From a virus, in the IMG/VR virus record IMGVR_UViG_3300045988_069513, positions 1 to 42,906 of that record: a stretch of DNA of 42,906 nucleotides; one strand, 5' to 3'. The notes beneath the pieces were generated by a model. It saw nothing but the letters and a program-made list of their open reading frames with translations. It was not told the origin of the DNA and did not search any database. Below are positions 1 through 9,800 of this stretch, piece by piece. Made by a program: the position numbers and the translations under genes. The first letter of the stretch is position 1. The number at the start of each line of letters is the position of its first letter.

Positions 1-119
1 TCTGCACCCGTGAGGAAATGGTACAGATGCTATTCAACAGGGAGGGATAATATGACCCCCAACAAGGTAATTGAAACCATCGACAGGCTGAAGCCCAACG
101 TGTACACCGATGAGGACAA
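1..119. repeat. Terminal direct repeat, copy 1 (identical to 42788..42906); circular-assembly overlap
   Basis: The first 119 nt (tctgcacccgtgaggaaatgg...gatgaggacaa) reappear exactly at the window end. The repeat spans the endolysin 3' end and the start of the next gene, so the contig closes on itself. Confidence 0.95.
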
Positions 120-402
120 GTACGACTGGATCTACCGCCTGGACGCCATGATCGCCCGGACGGTGTACGAAACAGAGCCGGCTCCTGCGGTGGGGGCGGA
201 CGAAGAGCTGCCCGTCCCTGCTCCCTGGGACGACATCTACGGACTGTATGTGGCGTCCATGATCGACTTCTACAACAGGGAGTACGGGCACTACAACAAT
301 TCCGTCATGATGTTCCAGGAGCGGCTGGAGCAGTACCGGGCATGGTATATCCGGAACCATATGCCCAAAGGGGCGGACAATTTCCGGAATGTAATGGGGT
401 GA
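52..402 (+). CDS. Hypothetical virion-associated protein (116 aa)
   Basis: ATG at 52 overlaps the endolysin stop (TAATATG) and is preceded by GGAGGG at 41-46. The 10..402 track ORF is an upstream extension that lies inside the endolysin coding end. No family recognised. Confidence 0.7.
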   Translation: MTPNKVIETIDRLKPNVYTDEDKYDWIYRLDAMIARTVYETEPAPAVGADEELPVPAPWDDIYGLYVASMIDFYNREYGHYNNSVMMFQERLEQYRAWYIRNHMPKGADNFRNVMG

Positions 403-403
403 T

Positions 404-1915
404 GTGATGCTTCCGTTTTTGAACGAGACCAGCGAGAACACAAAGAAATACGTGGTCAACTTCCGGGGGCTGAATTTGGGGGAGGGGTACCAGGACGGAG
501 ATTTCTCCAACACGGAGAATGTGTCCTCCGTTCTGGCCCCGTGCCTCACGCAGCGCTACGGGCGAACCCTGGAGGCTACCTACGGGGTTCCCAGGGCGCT
601 CCACGCGAAGGATGGCCTTGTGGTGATAGACGGAACCGCCGTCAAGTACAACGGCGCTGTGGTGGGCACTGTCACGGACGGCCGGAAGCAGATTGCCACC
701 GTGGGGAATTACGTTGTGATCTTCCCGGACAAGGTGTACTACAACGTGGCGACGGGCGAGTTCGGCAGTATGGACATAGCATACTCCGGGACTGCGACGT
801 TCACAGACTCCACGATCAAGGGCGCATCTGCGTTTGGCTTCCGGGCGGGGGACGCTGTGACCATCTCCGGCTGCAGCACCTCTCCGGAGAACAACAAGAC
901 CGTAATTATCCGCGGCGTCAACGGAGACACGCTGACCTTCTATTCCAACACCTTTACGGCAGGCACAGAGGACGCTGTGACGATAAAGCGCGAAGTCCCG
1001 GATCTGGACTACATCTGCGAAAGCAACTACCGCCTGTGGGGCACGAAGGGGAACACCATCTACGGCAGCAAATACTCCGATCCGTTCAATTTCCAGGTGT
1101 TCGACGGACTGACCGGCGACAGCTATTACATTGACGTAGGCTCAGACGGCGAGTTTACGGGGTGTATTCCCTACTCCAGCCACATCTGCTTTTTCAAAGA
1201 GCACACCCTGCACAAGTTGTACGGCTCCAAGCCGAGCAATTTCCAGATCGTCACCTCCCAGGTGTACGGCGTGCAGGCGGGCAGCGAGAGGAGTATGCGC
1301 GTCATCAACGAAACCCTGCTGTACAAGGGCGTGGGCGGCGTATATGCCTATGCCGGCGGCGTTCCGGAGCTGATCTCCTCCTGCTTTGCCACGACCCGCT
1401 TCTCCGACGCCTGCGCAGAGTCCGACGGGGAGCGCTATTACATCTCCATGCGGAACGGCAGCGAGTGGTCGCTGTTCGTGTATGACGTTCTCCGGAACCT
1501 GTGGCTGCGGGAGGATGATACAAACTGCGTGGATATGGCCTTCTGCAACGGCTACGTCTATTTGCTGTCCGCAGACGGCGGACTGTACAAGGTGGATCCG
1601 GCAGCCGGCAAGGCGGATATGGCGTGGAGCGCAACGTTCTGCCCCTTTACGGAGACCATCAACGAGCGCAAGGTGTACTCCAAATTCCACCTGCGGATGG
1701 AGCTGGGGGCGGGTGCCTGGCTGAAGGTAGAGACCAGGCTGGACAATTCGCCCAGGTGGCAGACGGTGTTTACCACGCATAACGAGCGATCCAGGACTGT
1801 GACTGTTCCTGTGATGCCGGGGAGATGCGACAGCGTGGAGATCCGCCTGAGCGGAAAGGGCGAGTGCCTGCTCCGGACATTCGTGCGAGAGTTCCAGGTG
1901 GGGAGTGATGTGTAA
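404..1915 (+). CDS. Putative tail or nozzle structural protein (503 aa), function not recognised
   Basis: Long ORF with GC-rich third positions, abutting the previous stop (GTG 404 or ATG 407). The structural call rests only on position among virion genes and the lack of other tail genes. Confidence 0.6.
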   Translation: MMLPFLNETSENTKKYVVNFRGLNLGEGYQDGDFSNTENVSSVLAPCLTQRYGRTLEATYGVPRALHAKDGLVVIDGTAVKYNGAVVGTVTDGRKQIATVGNYVVIFPDKVYYNVATGEFGSMDIAYSGTATFTDSTIKGASAFGFRAGDAVTISGCSTSPENNKTVIIRGVNGDTLTFYSNTFTAGTEDAVTIKREVPDLDYICESNYRLWGTKGNTIYGSKYSDPFNFQVFDGLTGDSYYIDVGSDGEFTGCIPYSSHICFFKEHTLHKLYGSKPSNFQIVTSQVYGVQAGSERSMRVINETLLYKGVGGVYAYAGGVPELISSCFATTRFSDACAESDGERYYISMRNGSEWSLFVYDVLRNLWLREDDTNCVDMAFCNGYVYLLSADGGLYKVDPAAGKADMAWSATFCPFTETINERKVYSKFHLRMELGAGAWLKVETRLDNSPRWQTVFTTHNERSRTVTVPVMPGRCDSVEIRLSGKGECLLRTFVREFQVGSDV

Positions 1916-2290
1916 ATGATCTTTACGACACAGTTAGGCAGAATTGACTACACCAACGCCCCGGAGGCCCTGAAGAAGATGACGGATCACATCCGGTACA
2001 TTCAGGAGCAGCTGGAGTGGACGCTGCAGAACCTGGACTCCTCCAATATCACGGAGATCAACACCAGCGATACCAAGATTTCGTCTGACACCGTGGACTT
2101 TTCCGGCAACAACATTGTGCTGAATGGGCGCAACGGGGAACGGTTCGAGGTGGGTATTGACGAGGGCAGCGGAGACTTTGTCTTTGGCCTGTATGGCAGA
2201 GACGGCGCCCAGATCTTCTACCTGACGAACGACGGAAACCTGGTTATCACAAGAAATGCCACCATCACCGTTGATGGCGGCACATGGTAA
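1916..2290 (+). CDS. Hypothetical structural protein (124 aa)
   Basis: ATG immediately follows the TAA of the previous gene (TAAATG), in the same operon. Confidence 0.65.
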   Translation: MIFTTQLGRIDYTNAPEALKKMTDHIRYIQEQLEWTLQNLDSSNITEINTSDTKISSDTVDFSGNNIVLNGRNGERFEVGIDEGSGDFVFGLYGRDGAQIFYLTNDGNLVITRNATITVDGGTW

Positions 2291-2301
2291 GGAGTGAATT
2301 T

Positions 2302-3879
2302 ATGGGATATGTAATTGGTTCCACGAAGGGCCAGGCCATCGCCAACCTTTTGAAGGAGGACGAGACGTACAAGGCGTCTGACGGCTCCACCTGGAAAAAG
2401 AACGCAGACGGCACCGTGACCGTCACCGACAAGGCCGGCGGCGTCACGCAGAACGCACTCCCCGCGGACAGCTTCAAGGGCAGCGCCACCGGCGTTGTGG
2501 CGAACAATGCGACACAGCAGGCCCAGGTGGATATGCTGAACAAAAACTCTCTGCAATGGTGGACGGCGGATGACGCCGGGAAGCAGGCCCTGTCCGCAGC
2601 CAACCAAGCTCTTGGAGCGGCCCTGGGCGGCTCTGTGGCATATGATCCTACCACCGGCACCTGGTCTGGCGTAGCGGGTACGACGCCTGCCACGCAGAGC
2701 GCTGACGTGCTGAGCAACATCGGCAGCTTTTCCTACGACGTGGCACAGCCTACGTATGAAAGCCAGTACAGTGACAGGATCGACGCCATGCTGAATGAAA
2801 TCCTGAACCGGGAGAAGTTCAGCTATGACGTTGAGGCGGATCCCCTGTACCAGCAGTACAAGACACAGTACCTGCGGGAGGGCGACCGCTCCATGCGGGA
2901 CACGCTGGCGGCGGCTGCGTCCGGTGCCGGCGGCATGAACAGCTACGCGGTGACTGCGGCACAGCAGGCCAACGACTACTACGCGGCGCAGCTGGGGGAC
3001 AAGATCCCGGAGCTGTACCAGCTTGCCTACGAGATGTACCTGACGGACATTGACAACCAGGTGAGAGACTTGGGTCTGCTGCAGGATATGGACAACACCC
3101 AGTACGGACGCTATCGGGACACCATGAGCGACTGGCGCAATGACCGGGACTTCGCCTACGGGCAGTACCGGGATAACGCAGCCGACCTCAAGTGGGGCGC
3201 AGAATTTGACGAGTCTATCCGGCAATGGCAGACCGACTACGAGCGGAACGCACTGGAAAGTGACCGGAACTACAACCGCGACGTGTACGAGAGCGACCGG
3301 AAATATAACCGGGGTGTGTACGAGTGGGACACCAGCTTTGACTACGGCAAAGACCGCGACGCAGTCAAAGATCAGAACGACGCGTGGGACAAGGCTCTTA
3401 CCATCCTCCAGAACGGCGGATACCCCAGCGACGAGCTGCTGGAAGCTGCCGGCATGAGCGCAGCGGAGGCTAACTCCATCCGGGAAGCGCAGACTATTGT
3501 CTTTACCGGAGGCGGTGGTTCAGATGGTACTGGTGGTTCCGGTGGATCTGGCGGCGGCGATGAACCGGATGACACCCCCGTGTTCAACAACGATAACGGC
3601 AGTGGTTTCACAGAAAAGCATGCAGCCGCAGTCAAGGCAGCGCCTGACCGCACCTCCGCCGACGTGTCTGATCTCAGCAGCAAGGGTAAGAGCGCCTTGC
3701 AGAGCCTGAGTATGATGTACGACTCCATCAGTAATCAGTACCCTGCAAAAGACGGTATGTATCCCGTGGAAAAGACCATCCTTGCGATGGCTGCAGAGGG
3801 CAGCATCACGGCGGACGATGGGTACATTCTGATGCAGCATTTTGGCTACGACGGAGAGAAACACTTCCCTGAAGGGTAA
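2302..3879 (+). CDS. Hypothetical virion protein (525 aa) with a Tyr/Arg/Asp-rich repeat region and a Gly/Ser linker
   Basis: AAGGAG at about 2289 with ATG at 2302. Contains repeated R-N/D-Y-N-R-D/G-V-Y-E motifs (SDRNYNRDVYESDRKYNRGVYEWD) and the linker GGGGSDGTGGSGGSGGG. Confidence 0.7.
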   Translation: MGYVIGSTKGQAIANLLKEDETYKASDGSTWKKNADGTVTVTDKAGGVTQNALPADSFKGSATGVVANNATQQAQVDMLNKNSLQWWTADDAGKQALSAANQALGAALGGSVAYDPTTGTWSGVAGTTPATQSADVLSNIGSFSYDVAQPTYESQYSDRIDAMLNEILNREKFSYDVEADPLYQQYKTQYLREGDRSMRDTLAAAASGAGGMNSYAVTAAQQANDYYAAQLGDKIPELYQLAYEMYLTDIDNQVRDLGLLQDMDNTQYGRYRDTMSDWRNDRDFAYGQYRDNAADLKWGAEFDESIRQWQTDYERNALESDRNYNRDVYESDRKYNRGVYEWDTSFDYGKDRDAVKDQNDAWDKALTILQNGGYPSDELLEAAGMSAAEANSIREAQTIVFTGGGGSDGTGGSGGSGGGDEPDDTPVFNNDNGSGFTEKHAAAVKAAPDRTSADVSDLSSKGKSALQSLSMMYDSISNQYPAKDGMYPVEKTILAMAAEGSITADDGYILMQHFGYDGEKHFPEG

Positions 3880-3896
3880 CAAAGGAGGTCTGCCGC

Positions 3897-6800
3897 ATGG
3901 CACGTAAAATGAGCCAAAGCTCCAGAGACAAACTGAACGCCTACTATGACGAAATAGGGGTAAAAAGAAACGACAGAGAGGACGAGGGGAAACCCTCGCC
4001 CTCCTCCGCCGCTTCCAATCCTTCCACCGCTACCAATTCCAGCAGCGGCGCAACGACTTCAAAGCGGAAAATGAGCCAAGAGTCAAGAGATAAGCTCAAC
4101 GCCTATTATTCGCGCGTTGGAGCGGCGGCGCCGACATACACGCCGACAAAGGAAGATGACAAAGCACAGACTTCGTCCTCTGCGGCGGACACCAACAAGA
4201 CGAACCCTTTTTCTGAGGTTTGGAGGGGGTTTACGGATTTTTGGTGGTATGGTCGCGGTGATGCGTATGATGCGGTTACTAAGGCCAACCAGATCTACGA
4301 CACCAAGTTTGAGGAAGATAAGAAGGCTGTTGAGGAGTACAAGCAAAAGGAGCTCGACAAGTGGCTTGTGACCGAAACTGAGGCAGATGCGAGAGTATCT
4401 ACCGAAAAGACGAAACTTTCCACAAAGGCCGCAGATATTGCCGCGCTGGAAACAACCCTTTCTACGATGGCGGCAGAGTTTGAACAAACCCGCGACCCTG
4501 CCAAGTATTCCGCATACGAGGTAAAATACAACGAGTACGAGAAAGCGATTGCCGACTATGAAAAGTCTGTTGCAGCGTACACCGAATTGTGGAACAATGT
4601 CGCGCAGGAGAAAATTGCTGGTCGCAAAACGGACGATAGCGGATGGGAAACCGCAGGAAAGACTTTATGGGCCGGTGTTACTGGCCTTTCGGATGCTGTT
4701 GGCAAAACGCTCGATTATGTTTTCCCGACGGAGTTTTTGGGGAAATATGACCCGTTCACATGGATGAGCGACCAAGCAAGGCGGGAGAATTACGACGCGC
4801 AGATGGCACTTTCGGAGTCATTGGAAGGTCGCGGCTGGGTAGCAAAGACGGCGTCCGAACTTGGCATAGGCCTCATTCAGATGCTTCCTGACGTTGCGGC
4901 GACCGTGGCTTCCGGTGGCACAAACGCCACCACTTATGTGGATGATTTGTACCGCGCGGGATCATCTGCCGTTGCAGCCGCCAACAAGGCTGATAACCTC
5001 TGGGACTCCTTCAAAACAGCAAACGCGAAAATGTTTAGCAATCCCGGTTTCTATGTTGCCGCAGCGAGGACACTTGGCACCGACTACGAAACTGCAAAGG
5101 AAGCCGGAGCAACTGACGCACAGGCAACGGCCTATGCGCTGATTACCACCTACCTGAACGCCGGTATTGAGATTAGCGGTGGTATTCAGGCCTTGCCGGA
5201 TGCCCTTCAAACAGGAGACAAGAGCGCTATTCTTGACTGGATCCTTAGCGCACACGAGGAAGGCCTGGAAGAAGTTGTGCAGCGCTTTGTATCGGGATCT
5301 ATGGAAAAAGCTGTCTATGATCCCGACAAGGAGTGGTTTTCTACAACAAACGAGGACGCTATCATCCACCCGGAAACGATGGCAAAGGACTACGGCATGG
5401 GTACCGCTATTGGCGGCATTGCCGGTGGCGGGCAGACGGTAGCAATTAGCGTTCTGAACAGGATCGCACAGGCGAAAACACCCGACGTTCAGGCGCAGGT
5501 GATTGATGCTGTGCGGCACGATCCTGAAACTGTGAACGCCTTGGTGCAGGAGGCCAAAACCGCAGGCGAGACCGAGATCACGGAGCAGGTGGAGCAGAAA
5601 ATTGCCTCTGGCGAAGAAGTCACCCGACAGGAAGTTGTGCAGTTGGTCGCTGCCAGCGGCGCACAGGTGCAGGAAGAAACCACCGAGGCGGCAACGGAAC
5701 CCGAGGCGCAGACCGTCCCGCAGCAGGAAGAACCGGCAACGGAAGTAAAGAGAAGTGAATCGCTTGCTGAGGAAATGACGCTGGAGGGAGCGGTGGAAAA
5801 CGGCACCGTCACCGAAGCTGCGGTAGATACCGAAGGCGCAACCCGCAACGGCGTGGCCGTCCTGACCAACTACGCCAAGCAGGCGCACATGGGCGAAAAC
5901 GGCCTGAAAGCAATCGCTGATTTTTACGATGCCAACGAGAACCCGGAAACGGCACCGTTCTATGGCACCTTCGCAGCATATTGGAACGCCGGTTACAACG
6001 GAAAAGCGTTTGAGGAAGTCCGCGCCACCAACCGCGGTAACGTGTCCGATGTGGTTATGCGGGCCGCCTACAACGCCGGGCAGATGGACGCGATCCAGGG
6101 AAGTGGCAAAAAGGCCGTTGACAAAACAGCAGGCCAGACCGATAATATTTCCGGAAAAACCCAGAAAACTGCGAAGCCGAAAACTGTTCGAACCCAAAAG
6201 AGCGATTGGTCTGCGCACGATGTAACGTGGACGCTTCCTGCCGGCAGCCCCAACAAGGCTACTGTCGTTGCATACAGCACGAAGGCAACCAGCGACACAA
6301 TCGATGTTATGGCGGACGAGAATCCGACGGCCACCATCAGTCAGCTCCGCGACCTTATTCTCTATGATCAGGACGCGAAGAAGGTGCTGCAGCAGTACAT
6401 CGATGCGGGGTACGGAGATCAGGTGGCGAGCGAGTGGTTCAGCTATGACCGCAAGCGCGGCATTGGAAAGCCTGTCACAAAGTGGGTGTCGGGGGTAATA
6501 AACACTGAAGCGGACAATAAGGAGGCAACCGAACATGGCAAAGAGACCTTGGGAGAAGTTTCTGACGAAGGACGAGTACTGGAGCCTGACACGCGAGGGG
6601 CGGATGCAGGCGGACTACTGGACGGAGTGGCTTCCCAAAATGTGCAAGAGAATGCAGAAGGCCGGGACGCTGTATCCGACGCTGAAAGAGGAAGGGGAAC
6701 GCCTGTCGGAGCTGTTGTGGGAACTGATGCAGGTGCACAAGTACCCCGAGGACGGAGCGATGGAATTCATCAAGGAAGAAGTGTACGCACTTCCTCCGGA

Positions 6801-9800
6801 GTAAGCGAACAGGAGGTAAACGACGATGGCGATGTCGAAGGAAACTATCGAAAAGACCAAGCAAGCACTGCTGGCAGCGAAAGAACGGTGGGAGAAGATG
6901 CCACCGGAGGAGAAGAAGCGCCTGCAGGAAGAATACGAGAAAAATCCGGAGGAACGGATCCTGATACCGGACTGAGCGACGAAGATCCGCATCCGTGGGC
7001 AACGAAAAACGCCGTTGAGCCCGAACCCGGAAGCATTTCTGCAGAAGCAAAGCACGAAGCCGAAAGTTACGACGTTAAGTGTGTTGTCGTTTCGGACGAC
7101 GCGTGGGATGCAAATCATCCCTCTGCGCAGGCTTTTTCGCGGAATGGTGTGGTCTATGCCCGTGAACACATTGACGAAGTTTTCCGCGGCGTGGTGGCCC
7201 CGCATGAATTGACCCACGTTATGAAACAGCTTGGGTATAAGCCGTATCTGGATTTTCTTGATCGGACGAGCGATATGCTCAATTATGAAATCGAAGATGC
7301 ACAAGCACTGATGCAACACGTGGCGGAGCACGCACGCATTGACCTTTTTGGCATGGACGAGTCCGCCTCCCAAAAATTGTACGACGAGCTTAATGCCTCT
7401 GTTTACGGGCATATTGTTCGGGGAGATGTTGAGGGTAAATCCAGGTTTGGTCACGTAGATTTCCGCGATGCCTTCAACGACTTCGACGCTTATGCAACCG
7501 AACTGGCAGAAATTCACCGGCAGTTTAAAAACCGAAACCATCCCGGCGCGTCCGACACAGTTGCCCAGGAGCAGATCGAGCAGATATCCGACCTTGCAAA
7601 TCAGGAGGAGCCGAAAGGCACGAACTTTGTAATTGGCGCGAATGGTGCGAAGATGCCCACGACCCCGAAGGCGCGATACAAAGCCAACGCCGACGCTATC
7701 AAGACCCTGCGCGCCATTATGGCGGAAAACCGCATGGCAACCCCGCAGGAGCAGGAGACCCTTTCCAAATACACCGGCTGGGGCGGCCTGTCTGACGTTT
7801 TCAACGAGAAAAACGAGAGCTGGGCGAAAGAGTACAAGCAGCTTAAAAAGTTGCTGGATGACGGCGAGTATAAGACGGCAAAGGGATCTATCCTTGATGC
7901 GTACTACACTGACCCGTCGGTCATTCGCGGTATGTATAACGGCCTTGCGTCGCTTGGCTTCACCGGCGGCCGTATGCTGGAGCCTTCCTCCGGTGTTGGT
8001 CGTTTCATTGGCGCAATGCCGCAGGAAATGCTTGGCGGCGTGAAATCTTGGACGGCTGTTGAACTGGACAAGATCACCGGCAATATCGCAAAGTACCTTT
8101 ACCCCAACGCCGACGTGCGCGTGCAGGGCTATGAGACGGCAAAAATCCCTGACGGGTATATGGACGTTGTTATCGGGAACGTCCCCTTTGGTAATATTCC
8201 CATCGCGGACAAGGCTTATCCCGCAAGCGTTACGAAATCTATCCACAACTACTTTATCGCTAAGAGCCTTGATAAGCTGCGTCCCGGCGGCATTGCCGCC
8301 ATCATCACCAGCAGCGGCACACTGGACGCTATGGGCACTGAGGCGAGAAGCTATTTTATGAAGCAGGCGGACTTGATCGGCGCTATCCGTCTGCCGAACA
8401 CCGCATTTGAGGGCACCGGAACCAACGTTGTTTCTGACATTTTGGTGTTCAAGAAGCGGGAACCCGGCACGGCCTACAAAGGCGAAGCGTTTATTGAGGT
8501 TGGCAGAAAGCCTTGGACGGGCGAAAACCAATGGGGCGGTTACGAAATCAACGAGTATTTCCTAAAGCACCCTGAAATGGTGTTGGGTACGGCAGCTTAC
8601 GGAAAGGGACAGTACGGGCGCAATGTTGTGACCTACAATCCCCTTGACAGCAGACTTAGCCTGCAGAAGCAGATCGAGAAGGCTTTCGGCAAAATCAAGG
8701 CTAAGATGGACTACCCCGTGCAGCGCACGCAGGAGGAGATCAGAGCCGAGATCCGAGAAGCCTCCGGGAAGGTGAAGCAGGGAGGCCTTGTAAGCAAGGG
8801 CGGCAAGCTGTACCGCAATAACGGCGGTGTTCTTGAACACGCTGCGGAGATCAGCGAAAAGGACGCTGCTGCAGTTACTTCCATTCTTGAAATACGCGAT
8901 GCGGCACGAAACCTACTGAACCTCCAGATTGACGACGGCGGGGAAGCTGCCATCACGGCGGCACGGAGCAATCTTAACAAGCTCTATGACGCTTTTGTGA
9001 AAAAGTACGGCAGCCTGAACCTTCCGAAAAACAAGAAACTGGTGCAGAATGACGTGGACAGTCCCTTCATTCTGGCGCTGGAGGACTACAACAACGAGAC
9101 CCGCGTTGCAAAAAAAGCGGCCATCTTCAGCAAGAACACCATCACCGCGACGAAGGTTGTCACCCATGCGGACACCGTGGAGGAAGCGTTGACCGTTTCC
9201 CTGAACGAGACCGGCACCGTGGACATTCAGCGCATCGCCCAACTGACAGGCCAGCAGGCGGCAGCGGTAGAGCGGGAAATGCTGGAACGCGGTTTGGCGT
9301 TTAAGAACAGGAACGGCAACTTGGAAACCGCTGAAACCTATCTGTCCGGCAACGTCCGCGCGAAACTGCGCGACGCGGAAGCCCTGGCAGAGGGCGATGC
9401 GGACTACAACCGCAACGTGGAAGCCTTGAAAAAGGTAATTCCTGCCGACATTCCTGCCGAGGAGATCAAGGTGCGCCCTGGTGCAACGTGGATCCCCGAC
9501 AGCATCTATTCCGCCTTTGCTGGTGAAATGCTTGGCGGTGCCGGCATGACTTGGCGTAGCGGTCAGCGCGTTCCCGCTGTGGAGGTTGTCTATAACCGCG
9601 CCGTGGGCAAATTCTTCATCGAGGTCAACGATCCGTGGCTGAAAAGCCGCCCCGAGAATACCTCTACGTGGGGCACTTCTGACCGGCCTTTCGTCGGCGG
9701 TCAGAACAGCATCCTTGAAGCTGCACTGAATAATAAGATGGTTAGCGTGTATCGCACCGTCGGAGATAGCCGCGTGCTGGATAAGCAGGCCACGGCAGCA

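Noticed and set aside
6940-6975. Possible -1 programmed frameshift from the 49-aa nested ORF into the giant frame at G AAA AAT (about 6938-6944).
   Set aside because: The heptamer is not a canonical X XXY YYZ slippery site, since the first base is G, and I saw no obvious downstream stimulatory structure. It is mentioned only as an alternative inside the boundary finding.
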